DNA of 64,000 nt from Ignavibacteriota bacterium (GCA_963701295.1 OY969585.1:32001-96000); one strand, 5' to 3'. Numbered from the stretch's first letter, positions 50,816 to 60,315 are shown. Translations and numbers: made by a program. The notes: generated by a model not told the origin, from the sequence alone.

Positions 50816-50870
50816 GTTTTCAAATTGGTAATTCTTCCATGATACTCCCTTAACATCTGCATGGCATATT
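50816..50870 (+). promoter_or_regulatory. Pho-box-type promoter of the PAP2 gene
   Basis: gTTTTCAaatt gGTAATTcttc cATGATActcc cTTAACAtctg, 5 bp, CATATT; shares the exact 15-mer CTTCCATGATACTCC with 38685-38699. Confidence 0.72.
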
Positions 50871-50928
50871 ATCGATACCATGGTGTTAGAGAATTAATCC
50901 TTCATTGTAACTATTTCAGGGTTGGGTA

Positions 50929-51642
50929 GTGGTTTCAAGAAACTCTGCTTGCAGAGAACATAATCAATCAAGACAAACACTTTTGCAAAGAATTGTTCAG
51001 CAGGTAAGGTACAGTTCACCGTTTATTGAATGGATGTGTGCATTCATTCTTTTCGGCGGTCTCACCCTCCTTTTTTTCTCTAAAGCATCCATTCATCTTT
51101 TTGTAAATCAATTCCACTCTGCCTTTCTCGATGTCTTTTTCACATATGCAACTTTTATGGGAGACGGTATTAGCGCAACGATTCTGGTTATTATTCTCTG
51201 CTTTGTCAGATTTCGGTATGCAATCATAATAGCAGTAAGCAATATCCTTTGTTCCATTATTGTCCAATCGCTGAAGCGATTGTTCTTCTTCGATTCAGTC
51301 CGCCCATACCAATTCTTCAAAGGTATTCACGATTTGCACCTCGTACCTGGTGTCGAAGTCTATTCCTTCAATAGTTTTCCATCAGGACACAGCGGCACAA
51401 TATTTACCACCTGTATGCTTTTATGTCTGATGACAAAACAACGACTGTTGCGGGTACTTTTATTCCATATAGCATTACTTATTGCATTCTCTCGCGTCTA
51501 TTTGTCGCAACATTTTTTTGAAGATATTTATGCAGGTGCCATTATTGGTGTGGTTGTTGCCTATAGTACAGCAACATGCCTTAACAAAGAAAGTGACACT
51601 CCAGCTTGGTTTGAGTATTCGTTAGCAACGATACTGGAATAG
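50929..51642 (+). CDS. PAP2-family membrane phosphatase
   Basis: K..RP, SFPSGH, SRVYLSQHF..D; several TMs. Confidence 0.9.
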   Translation: MVSRNSACREHNQSRQTLLQRIVQQVRYSSPFIEWMCAFILFGGLTLLFFSKASIHLFVNQFHSAFLDVFFTYATFMGDGISATILVIILCFVRFRYAIIIAVSNILCSIIVQSLKRLFFFDSVRPYQFFKGIHDLHLVPGVEVYSFNSFPSGHSGTIFTTCMLLCLMTKQRLLRVLLFHIALLIAFSRVYLSQHFFEDIYAGAIIGVVVAYSTATCLNKESDTPAWFEYSLATILE

Positions 51643-51672
51643 TTGATCTGAAATACAAAGAACCGTCTATTC

Positions 51673-52761
51673 TCAATGAAGAGCGAGGATGCTTCCTTTT
51701 TTCACTTGAACCGTTCCTCTTATTGGAATCCAGAAATCAGCGACGACCGGAAAGTGATCTGAAACTTTAAGAAGCGGCCGGCGAGCGTGATCAGGAACAA
51801 CATCATTCATACAAAAAAGGTAATCTAATCTCATCGTGGGTAATTCTGAACGAAATGTATAATCTCCCCAAAAATGATTCGCCATGTATGCATCGGTTGC
51901 CATGCATTGAATCTTACGCATAGGTTTTGAAGAAGGTGGCGCATTCAGGTCGCCGCCAAAAATAATCGGACCGTGAAGGCCGCGCAAATATGCGGTAAAA
52001 GTGTCGACCTCCTGCATTTGCATTGCAAGGAGATATTTTCCCCACCGCAAGTTTTCTTCAATAGTATGATTCTTCGGCCTGCCTGCGATAAACCTGATCG
52101 AGACTACATGAACATACGTTCCATCCACATTGAGAAGTGCGTGGACAAAAGAACGATGTGGATGGTGAGGAAGATCGTTGATATCGTTACTCCCCGACAA
52201 AGATGCCTCACGACTCGGAAGTTCAATTTCTTTAAAATCAATAACAGGATACAGCGAGAGAATGGCCGTGCTGTTTTGGTGGCCCATATACAGCTGCATC
52301 GGCGCAATCTTTCGTTTGACAAGAGAACAAAGACTATCTGTCAGGTCGTTTTCAGAAAGAAGAGTAACATCTGCACCAAGGGAAATAATACCATCCATTA
52401 CTTCGTTGACGCCATGGGTGTAGTACTGGACATTCAGTGCAGCAACAGTGATCTTCTTAACCGAACCAGCTGGCGGCTGGTTCCGTGGAATAAGGAATGA
52501 AAGAGAGAAATCACCAAAAGCAGCTATGTAAATGGAAGCAATAGTCAACAATGATAAGGCGATTTTTCCTTTCCCCAATAAAAATAATAAAACGACAGGT
52601 GCTACAGCGAGAGCACCAATCCACAATGCTGGAAGATAGTCTAATCCGTACAAAGCATCTTTGCTGCTGAAGGCATCGAGGTGATCGAGTGTAGAGATAA
52701 TCATAAGTATTATAATGAGTGCTGCTAGAACCCATCCCACTACCAAGAAACTGTGTTTCAT
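51673..52761 (-). CDS. Membrane-anchored endonuclease/exonuclease/phosphatase (EEP) protein
   Basis: Three N-terminal TMs, LNV, LSE, GGDLN, LDY, SDH. Confidence 0.85.
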   Translation of the reverse strand: MKHSFLVVGWVLAALIIILMIISTLDHLDAFSSKDALYGLDYLPALWIGALAVAPVVLLFLLGKGKIALSLLTIASIYIAAFGDFSLSFLIPRNQPPAGSVKKITVAALNVQYYTHGVNEVMDGIISLGADVTLLSENDLTDSLCSLVKRKIAPMQLYMGHQNSTAILSLYPVIDFKEIELPSREASLSGSNDINDLPHHPHRSFVHALLNVDGTYVHVVSIRFIAGRPKNHTIEENLRWGKYLLAMQMQEVDTFTAYLRGLHGPIIFGGDLNAPPSSKPMRKIQCMATDAYMANHFWGDYTFRSELPTMRLDYLFCMNDVVPDHARRPLLKVSDHFPVVADFWIPIRGTVQVKKGSILALH

Positions 52762-52777
52762 ATCATTTTCCTCGCAT

Positions 52778-54334
52778 TTAACGAGCTATCGCAAATTCAA
52801 TTTTCTTACGATAAGCGGTTTCAAATAATTGCTTCTTTCGATTCGCGCCCCACAATTCCAAATCCGGACAGACTTTTGACGTATGGAAAATCCAGACGCG
52901 CAGTTTTCCCTTTATTTTACGGACTTTCAATCGTTGGATATGTGAAGCATGCGAACGATCAAGACCATCAGCAATACGTAAAAGAGCTGCTAACTTTGCA
53001 ACCATTCTTCGATCTTCGATTGAGAGAAGGTTATATCCCTCATGCTTCATCTTGGGATGGCTCTTACGATGGTATCGTGCAATATTTGCTATAATCTCTT
53101 TCTCGTTTTCCGTATAACCGAGCAACTCTGCGTTTCTGATCAGATAATAGGAATGACGGTGATGTTGTGCATGCGAGACAAATAATCCTACTTCATGGAG
53201 AATCGCCGCCGCTTCTAGATATTCATATGCCTGTTCATTGAGCTTGTGGAGATATTTGGTTTGATTGAATAACTGTAGTGCCAGGTCAGTAACATGGTGC
53301 GAATGGTTTTTTTCATAATGATAATTCTCGGCTAAATGAAGAACACTGCTCCGCCGAAGATTATGGAGATAAACAGACAGCTTCTTCGTGTGCATTTTTT
53401 CGATACTGTCAAGAAGAATCCCTTCACGCAGGGAGTATTCCGATACGGTTACTTTTTTAATTCCCAAGACAAGAAATATTTGTTCAAGTATAATAGCTCC
53501 TGCAGGAAGAATATCGGCGCGTTCAGGATCAATCCCTTCGATTTCCTTCCTCTCCGTTAGTGTCGGAAAGGATAGAATATTTTTAACAGTCTCAAGTAAC
53601 TCTGTTCGTGAAAATGATACATTGTTCAGGGGAAGCTCCGTAGCTTCAGAACGATTTGCTCGTATGATATTTGCCAGAGTATTGATAGTACCAGAAGTTC
53701 CAACACAAATCCCGAATTGCTGTTTTTTTACTTCGCGAACGATCGGGACCAGAGATCCGCGTACGAATTTTCTGCATTCATCAATTGTTTTCTTGCTAAG
53801 CATACCTGATTTAAAAAACCGATCTGTTAACCGAACTGCCCCAAGTTTTAAACTATTGCTAAAGTGGATGGACCGTTTCTCCCCTATGAGAAATTCGGTG
53901 CTGCCACCGCCAATATCGATAAGTAATATGTTTTTTCGAAATACCGGCAGTGCCTGCAACACGCCCAAATAGATCAACCGAGCTTCTTCAGATCCGGAAA
54001 TAATTTCCATCCGAATTCCTGTTTCCATCTTCACGCGGCGGAGAAATTCCGGTTTATTTGTTGCCTCACGAACAGCACTGGTAGCAACCGCCCGAACATC
54101 TGCATGAAATGCATCCGCGACAGTGCGAAACCGTTTCAAGACGGCAATTCCCCGGTTCATGACAGCCTCGGTAAGATATTTCATGTCCGTCGAACCGGAG
54201 CCCAAGCGGACAACCTCTTTTTCTTTTCCAAGAATTTTAAATCGTCCAGTCACAGTATTGATTTCGGCTGCAACGAGATGGAAAGAATTTGTTCCGATAT
54301 CAATTGCGGCGAAATTTTTCTTCTGGTTTTTCAT
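52778..54334 (-). CDS. ppx: Exopolyphosphatase Ppx/GppA with HD domain
   Basis: IDIGTNS, ATSAVREA, DIGGGSTE, LREG, LHEVG, ADGLD. Confidence 0.93.
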   Translation of the reverse strand: MKNQKKNFAAIDIGTNSFHLVAAEINTVTGRFKILGKEKEVVRLGSGSTDMKYLTEAVMNRGIAVLKRFRTVADAFHADVRAVATSAVREATNKPEFLRRVKMETGIRMEIISGSEEARLIYLGVLQALPVFRKNILLIDIGGGSTEFLIGEKRSIHFSNSLKLGAVRLTDRFFKSGMLSKKTIDECRKFVRGSLVPIVREVKKQQFGICVGTSGTINTLANIIRANRSEATELPLNNVSFSRTELLETVKNILSFPTLTERKEIEGIDPERADILPAGAIILEQIFLVLGIKKVTVSEYSLREGILLDSIEKMHTKKLSVYLHNLRRSSVLHLAENYHYEKNHSHHVTDLALQLFNQTKYLHKLNEQAYEYLEAAAILHEVGLFVSHAQHHRHSYYLIRNAELLGYTENEKEIIANIARYHRKSHPKMKHEGYNLLSIEDRRMVAKLAALLRIADGLDRSHASHIQRLKVRKIKGKLRVWIFHTSKVCPDLELWGANRKKQLFETAYRKKIEFAIAR

Positions 54335-55062
54335 GATCCAGGACACTTAATATCCCCTGTTTTAATTCCCTGTTAATTTCTTCAAACGAGCGTGATGCAT
54401 CAACAACCCGGAATTTGAATTCTTTGGACATCTTGTGAAATTCAAGAAGAATACGTTTCTGGTACTCCATAAAGCTGTCGTAAAAATCATCTCCGAGATG
54501 CAGATCCATACCTGATTCCCAGTAATCCATTCCCTCGCCCGAATCTTCCTCCCAGTAACGTTTATTCAATGTCTGACTATTGATCACTCGTGGTATCAAA
54601 TCGTCAATTTGCACATGCATATAAAATATTGCATCAGGGTACTAGCGCAAAACCAAAGATTTTTCGAATCCATTGCGGGTCTGCACCACGGACCATCGAT
54701 CGAGCGAATGCAGTATAGATGTAACGGTCAGCAAGAACAATAAATCCTGCTTTCAACGCCGGGATTACTTCATGCTCAAGACGATCGGCAAAATCCGCAG
54801 CGTATAATAAACTAAACGTGTTGACGTTAAGAGTGTGACCTGACTTTGCTTCATCAATTGCATCTCCCATTAATGGCGAACGGGTCCATCCAGTTGTGGT
54901 TACTCCATGACCTTTGACTTCAAGCCATTTCTTCAATGATTCTATTTGGGTTGACCGCCCTACACCATCGGTGCCTTCAATAACAATGAGTTTTCCTTTC
55001 ATTTCATGAACGTCAATATATGGCAGTCCTGCATCATAAAACGCATGTGTTTTACGCGACAT
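54300..55062 (-). pseudogene. Thymidylate-kinase-like (PPK3-like) subunit 2, split by a +1 frameshift
   Basis: EGTDGVGRST, ADFADR, ADRY; 54634..55062 and 54300..54635 join as FALVP/DAIFYMHV across CCC-TGA; error, pseudogene or recoding unresolved. Confidence 0.75.
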
Positions 55063-55765
55063 ATATGTTCTCCTTTTTTTCCAGGAAAGGTGTGGGCTGA
55101 CACTCTTTCAACCTCTCTTCAACGATCCCGCGAATCATTGTCTGTTGTTTTTGAATTGGGAGAGTAGCATCGATGACCGTCAACCCAAATTCTGCTGCGA
55201 TCCTGTCATATTCTTCAAGTATTTTTGATTGAAACAGCCGAAAACTTTCCTTCGGATCTTCGCTGAGACCCAGATCCATTCCGGCTTCATGAAATTTTAA
55301 TTCCACCCTGCCGGTTAATATGCGTTTGAGGGATATATCGATTGGTACTTTAAAGTAAAATCCGATATCTGGCTTGACGGCAAATCCGTACAGATTGCGC
55401 ACCCATTCCGGATGAACGCCGCGCACAACATCGCGAGCAAAAGCCGTATAGATATACCGATCTGCACAGACAATCATTCCTGCTTTCATCGGAGGTATGA
55501 TCAGGTGCATCAAGCGGTCGGCAAAGTCCGTCGCATGGAGAATAGAAAATGTTGTCGGTGTGAGGAGATTTTTCTTTTTCCCGTGTTTAATCGTTTCTTT
55601 TACTAATGCCGATGAGTTCCATTCCGTAAAAAGGACTCGGTACTTTGAATTCAAAAGCCATTTGTGCAATAGTTGCAATTGCGTCGACTTACCGGATCCA
55701 TCGATCCCTTCGACAATAATCAGACGGCCTGGCAATTGGTGTTGCTGTTCAAAAATTCGGGACAT
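55052..55765 (-). CDS. Thymidylate-kinase-like (PPK3-like) subunit 1
   Basis: EGIDGSGKST, TEWNSS, HATDFADR, ADRYIYTAFARD, EAGMDL. Confidence 0.85.
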   Translation of the reverse strand: MSRIFEQQHQLPGRLIIVEGIDGSGKSTQLQLLHKWLLNSKYRVLFTEWNSSALVKETIKHGKKKNLLTPTTFSILHATDFADRLMHLIIPPMKAGMIVCADRYIYTAFARDVVRGVHPEWVRNLYGFAVKPDIGFYFKVPIDISLKRILTGRVELKFHEAGMDLGLSEDPKESFRLFQSKILEEYDRIAAEFGLTVIDATLPIQKQQTMIRGIVEERLKECQPTPFLEKKENIYVA

Positions 55766-55780
55766 TAATTATTCTTTCTG

Positions 55781-56278
55781 TTATGCCATTAATCGTAACT
55801 GTTTTGGTGTAAGGTGCCAGAGCAATACTCCATCCCGGCGCGATGGGATCATCGTCACCTCGATGCAGCAAAGAGAGCCTTTCTTGAATTCGATGATTGA
55901 CGATTTTTTCCCAAGTAATGCAGATGCAAAATAAGAGAGATCCGGCTCATGTCCCACAATCATTATACTATTCAGCTTTTTAAATTTTACCATATAGGCG
56001 AGAAGATTATTTAATGAACTTCCCGGAGCAAGTTCATTACATATTTGAAGTTTTGACTCCACGTTTAATGCTTTTGCTACAATCTCTGCAGTGTCTACAG
56101 CACGCACTAATGGACTTGTAAGAATAATGTCAACATAATCGACGATACGTATAATTCCCTTTGCACCTTTTAGCATCTTCTCAATCCCCTCTTCTGTAAG
56201 CGGACGATCGTCACGGGGGAATAGTTTGACACCGCGTGGTGCCGCAATTGCATGACGAAGAATATATACCAGCATCAA
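55781..56278 (-). CDS. sixA: Phosphohistidine phosphatase SixA
   Basis: LRHA, RPLT..G, SPLVRA, VGHEP. Confidence 0.88.
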   Translation of the reverse strand: MMLVYILRHAIAAPRGVKLFPRDDRPLTEEGIEKMLKGAKGIIRIVDYVDIILTSPLVRAVDTAEIVAKALNVESKLQICNELAPGSSLNNLLAYMVKFKKLNSIMIVGHEPDLSYFASALLGKKSSIIEFKKGSLCCIEVTMIPSRRDGVLLWHLTPKQLRLMA

Positions 56279-56379
56279 TCATCCTTGGCAAATGGTTATT
56301 GGATCAAGTCCACAAATACGGTTTGTTGTATTTCTATTCGATTATAAAATAAGAGAACATTCTCTTGCTTTCGGCTAAT

Positions 56380-56412
56380 TTTCTGTTAACAAAATATTAT
56401 CAAAATGTAACA
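56380..56412 (-). promoter_or_regulatory. Three Pho-box-like repeats upstream of the sixA-ppx operon
   Basis: tGTTACAtttt gATAATAtttt gTTAACAgaaa; TATAAT at 56341-56346 is at a different spacing from the other promoters. Confidence 0.55.
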
Positions 56413-56556
56413 TTCACGATAACGCGCAGCGTGGTCAGGAATGAACTGACAAGATGGACAGGAGTAGTTATAGATAATGCAACCGCTCAGCTTAGCATAG
56501 ATAATAGGCAAGCGGTATGTGGGTATATCGGCAAAAAAACCTTTAAAAAAAATGCA

Positions 56557-57483
56557 TCACGAAAAAGCCATAGAACTTTCCGTTGAGGTAGGAACTGGAT
56601 CCAGAGAATCGACACGGCGCAACTTATTGCGCTGGCCAATCTCGCTCGGATACACACGCTTGATACCGTCGCCAAGTGCATGTTCGATATCACGAATATT
56701 TTGAACAAGACGAATAAGACCGCCTATTTCCACCGAAGCAGCTTGATCACTTCCCCACATTGCTCGATCAAGTGTGATATGTCGCTCAATAAATGTTGCA
56801 CCCAGTGCAACAGCCGCCCATGTAGGTGATAAACCTGTTTCATGGCCTGAATAACCGATAGGATTGTTCGGATATTTTTCATGTAGTGTATGAATCATCC
56901 GAAGATTAATTTCATGGGGAGGACAAGGATATGTTGATGTCGTATGGGCGATTAAAAGATTTTCGAGTCCCAGACGATGGAAGACTTTATCAATCTCATT
57001 CATTGTTGACATACCGGTAGAGATGATCAACGGCTTGCCTGTAGATTTCATCTTACGAAGAAGTTCAACATCTGTGAGCGAGGCAGAAGGTGCTTTATAA
57101 CATGGAACGGTATATTGTTCCATAAAATCGACGGAGTCTTCATCCCAGCATGATGCGAACCAGGCGATTCCGCGCGCACGGCAGTACTGATCGATCTCGT
57201 CATATTGTTCCTTCCCGAATTCCATCCTATGGCGGTAGTTGATATATGTCATGCGCCCCCAAGGTGTATCGCGCTCGACATTCCATTGATCTAATGGAAC
57301 ACATTTTACAGGAGTTCGTTTTTGAAATTTGACCGCATCACATCCTGCAAGGAATGCAGCATCGATGAGCTTCTTCGCTAATTCGAGCGACCCATTGTGG
57401 TTGATGCCGATTTCAGCGATGACATACACCGGCTGATGAGTTCCGATGAATTTATCTCCAATTCTCATAACATTGGAATTCAT
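56557..57483 (-). CDS. NeuB-family ulosonic acid synthase (no C-terminal SAF domain)
   Basis: IAEIGINHNG, AVKFQKR, STGM, YSGHE, ERHITLDR..GSD. Confidence 0.9.
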   Translation of the reverse strand: MNSNVMRIGDKFIGTHQPVYVIAEIGINHNGSLELAKKLIDAAFLAGCDAVKFQKRTPVKCVPLDQWNVERDTPWGRMTYINYRHRMEFGKEQYDEIDQYCRARGIAWFASCWDEDSVDFMEQYTVPCYKAPSASLTDVELLRKMKSTGKPLIISTGMSTMNEIDKVFHRLGLENLLIAHTTSTYPCPPHEINLRMIHTLHEKYPNNPIGYSGHETGLSPTWAAVALGATFIERHITLDRAMWGSDQAASVEIGGLIRLVQNIRDIEHALGDGIKRVYPSEIGQRNKLRRVDSLDPVPTSTESSMAFS

Positions 57484-58106
57484 ACTTTCTCCTCTGAAAG
57501 ATTCAGCAATTGAATCATCTGTTTCACCGTTGGGTTTTCTGCGGAGCGAAGATCAAGAATCCAATCTGAAAACTCTCGAAAGGCACCTTGGCCTCCATTT
57601 GCTCTGCATACATAATGTGCGAAGAAGCGTACAGAAGGAATCGCATCGCCGGGAACGGCAGTGAGACTCATCTCATACAGTTCAGACATAACATCGGCAT
57701 CATTCACATCATCTCCGATGTATGCAATAGCATCCAGTGGAATTTTATGATGATTTGAAAGAGTTAGTATTCGCTCAAGTTTATCTTTCACACCGAGATA
57801 TACATGCGTAATGCACAGTTTATCAGCACGCTGTTGCACGCTCCGTGATACCTCTCCCGAAATGATTCCTGTCTCAATTCCTGCATTTCGCAATCGAGCC
57901 ACTCCCATACCGTCACGGATAGAAAATCGTTTCATTACCTCACCCTGATCGGAATAGTAAACGCCGCCATCTGTCAACACACCATCACAATCGCTTAATA
58001 ACAGCTGTATGCGATTTGCACGTCTTCTTTGCACACTTCCATGTAACGGTAAAGCAACGTATGTTGTTCTTTTTTCCATGAATTTCTTCACTACCAGATT
58101 GTCCAT
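57480..58106 (-). CDS. KdsC/YrbI-like HAD ulosonate-phosphate phosphatase
   Basis: DCDGVLTDG, RDGMG, IGDDVND, GGQGAFRE. Confidence 0.88.
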   Translation of the reverse strand: MDNLVVKKFMEKRTTYVALPLHGSVQRRRANRIQLLLSDCDGVLTDGGVYYSDQGEVMKRFSIRDGMGVARLRNAGIETGIISGEVSRSVQQRADKLCITHVYLGVKDKLERILTLSNHHKIPLDAIAYIGDDVNDADVMSELYEMSLTAVPGDAIPSVRFFAHYVCRANGGQGAFREFSDWILDLRSAENPTVKQMIQLLNLSEEKV

Positions 58107-58909
58107 CCGCCATCTACGACTAAATTTGCACCTGTCATATACTGGGATGCGTCGCTCGCAAGAAAAACAATTGCACCTCTATAATCATTTGGATGTGCCA
58201 TACGCTGCAAAGGTGTTTTCGCGGAATATTTTTCGATAAAAAATTCTTCCTGCCCATTTTCAACTCCACCTGGTGAAAGGGCATTCACTCGAATGCCTTT
58301 GCCTCCCCAATATGCAGCCAAGTATTTTGTCAAAGCAAGTACTGCACCTTTCGTTGTAGGATATGCGGGCGATTTGAACATCATTCGTGTGCCATCGGAG
58401 CGAACATAGAGCGACTGGTCCGGTGCAACCATTCCATAGGTTGATGCAATATTGATAATATTTCCGCCGCCATTTTCAACCATGAGCGAACCAAATATTT
58501 TGCAGCATAAAAAAAGCCCGGTTACATTAACTTCCAAAGTTTGTTTCCATATAGGGAGCGGAAAGAATTCAAAGCTTGAATAATCCACTGTGCCATCGCG
58601 CTGTTCGACTTTATCATTGATCGCAGCATTGTTGACCAGAATATTGATCCTGCCAAATTGTTTCAGCAGCATTTCGCGAACGCCACACAATGATCCTTCA
58701 TCGGTAATATCCATCGCACAACCAACAGCTATGATATGGTATTCCAGGGAAAGATCTCTGGCAAATGCTTCGCATCCCTCCTGATCCACATCAGTCAAAA
58801 CGATATGCGCACCGGCTTGAGCAAGCGCATCACAATGCTGTCTGCCAAGCAGGCCTAATGCGCCTGTTACCAATGCCACTTTATCTTCCAATGAAAAGAG
58901 TGAATTCAT
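58091..58909 (-). CDS. SDR oxidoreductase (PtmA-like)
   Basis: TGALGLLG, NNAA, STYG, YPTTKG, VNALSPGG, GANLVVDGGW. Confidence 0.88.
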   Translation of the reverse strand: MNSLFSLEDKVALVTGALGLLGRQHCDALAQAGAHIVLTDVDQEGCEAFARDLSLEYHIIAVGCAMDITDEGSLCGVREMLLKQFGRINILVNNAAINDKVEQRDGTVDYSSFEFFPLPIWKQTLEVNVTGLFLCCKIFGSLMVENGGGNIINIASTYGMVAPDQSLYVRSDGTRMMFKSPAYPTTKGAVLALTKYLAAYWGGKGIRVNALSPGGVENGQEEFFIEKYSAKTPLQRMAHPNDYRGAIVFLASDASQYMTGANLVVDGGWTIW

Positions 58910-60255
58910 TTTTTGTCACCGAGTACTATTTTTGGTTTAGTATGAAAGTTATTGGTCTTCCGAAAAACAGGTTCTACCACATCACCACGAAGAGATTTTA
59001 GCACCCTGTTTTCTTCTACTGCTCGTTTTGCAATTTTAAGTACTTCATTATACACTTCCAGGGTATATTCAATATCTTCATCGGTGTGAGAGTAAGAGAT
59101 GTTATGGAATCCGCTCCATAAAATGCCTCTTTTGAAGAACTCCTGTTGGATAAGCGATTTCAATGCTAGCGGAGTATTGACGGATGGATCAAATGTAAGC
59201 ATTGTTCGGCAGTCAAATCCTTGGCAACTTATAAAATCAACACCCGCTTCATTCAGAATTGTTTCAAGACCGTTGCGCAACTTTTTACCTTGTGCTGCGA
59301 GATATTGGGGAACAAGGTGAGCTAGCATTTCGAGAAGAGTTGCTTTTGCTGCTGCAAGGGAAAGAGCCTCGCCGCCAAATGTCGTAAAGAAGAACACATC
59401 CTTTTCAAGCAATTGCATTACATCGGCGCGCCCAGTCAGAACCGAAAGCGGCATGCCGTTGGCAATTGCCTTAGAAAAAACGGCTAGATCTGCTCTTACA
59501 CCGAAGTATTCCTGAGCACCGCCAAGTGCTAAGCGAAACCCTGTCCACATCTCATCAAAAATTAATAACGTCCCTTTTTGTTCGCAAATATCCTTTAATT
59601 GATGAAGAAAATTTTCTTTTGGGTTTTCAAACATAACGGGCTCGAGAATTACGCATGCGGTATCGTTATCGATCGAATCAATGACCGAGCCGATGTCATT
59701 GTAATTGAATGTGTGCGTGAGTTTTGCTATCTCCTTCGGAATTCCTCTGTTGCGATTTGTTATACTAATGAACCAATCATGCCAGCCATGATATCCGCAA
59801 CAGAGAATTTTTCTCTTCCCTGTAAAAGCACGTGCCAATCGAATTGCGGCACTTGCGACGTCGGCGCCGGTTTTACTGAAACGCACCATTTCTGCATTTG
59901 GCACAAGTGAGCAGATAAACTCTGCAACCTCTACCTCCAACGGATGCATCATGGAAAATGTTATTCCGCTCTTCAGTTGCTCAATGATTGCTTCATCGAC
60001 AGCAGGGTAACAATATCCGAGTGAGAGCGGACCAATACCCATATTATAGTCGATGAACTCATTTCCATCTACATCCCAAACATGTGAACCCTTGCCGCGC
60101 AGGAGATATTTGGGAGCGACACCTTTTATATATTGTCCCGGACCCTTTGCGAGCGTTTGTGTCTGCGAAGGAATAAGCCGTACAGCGCGTTTATACAATT
60201 TATTCGATTGAGTAATATCTGGATATTTTTCGTTGTTTTGCACTTTGTTTGCCAT
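58906..60255 (-). CDS. Class III PLP aminotransferase (GSA-aminomutase-like)
   Basis: WDVDGNEFID, GYHGWHD, FDEMWTGFR, SKAIANG. Confidence 0.88.
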   Translation of the reverse strand: MANKVQNNEKYPDITQSNKLYKRAVRLIPSQTQTLAKGPGQYIKGVAPKYLLRGKGSHVWDVDGNEFIDYNMGIGPLSLGYCYPAVDEAIIEQLKSGITFSMMHPLEVEVAEFICSLVPNAEMVRFSKTGADVASAAIRLARAFTGKRKILCCGYHGWHDWFISITNRNRGIPKEIAKLTHTFNYNDIGSVIDSIDNDTACVILEPVMFENPKENFLHQLKDICEQKGTLLIFDEMWTGFRLALGGAQEYFGVRADLAVFSKAIANGMPLSVLTGRADVMQLLEKDVFFFTTFGGEALSLAAAKATLLEMLAHLVPQYLAAQGKKLRNGLETILNEAGVDFISCQGFDCRTMLTFDPSVNTPLALKSLIQQEFFKRGILWSGFHNISYSHTDEDIEYTLEVYNEVLKIAKRAVEENRVLKSLRGDVVEPVFRKTNNFHTKPKIVLGDKK

Positions 60256-60315
60256 GCCAATCCTTTTTCAACAAATTGATTGTATAAAGAGTGAAGTCAA
60301 TTGATGCTTGAATAC

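Noticed and set aside
54300-55765. Annotating the pair as tmk (dTMP kinase)
   Set aside because: Tandem paralogs, one altered P-loop and the ppx/sixA context argue against housekeeping Tmk
58906-60255. Annotating as hemL
   Set aside because: Embedded in a sugar operon with no tetrapyrrole genes; only the fold is shared
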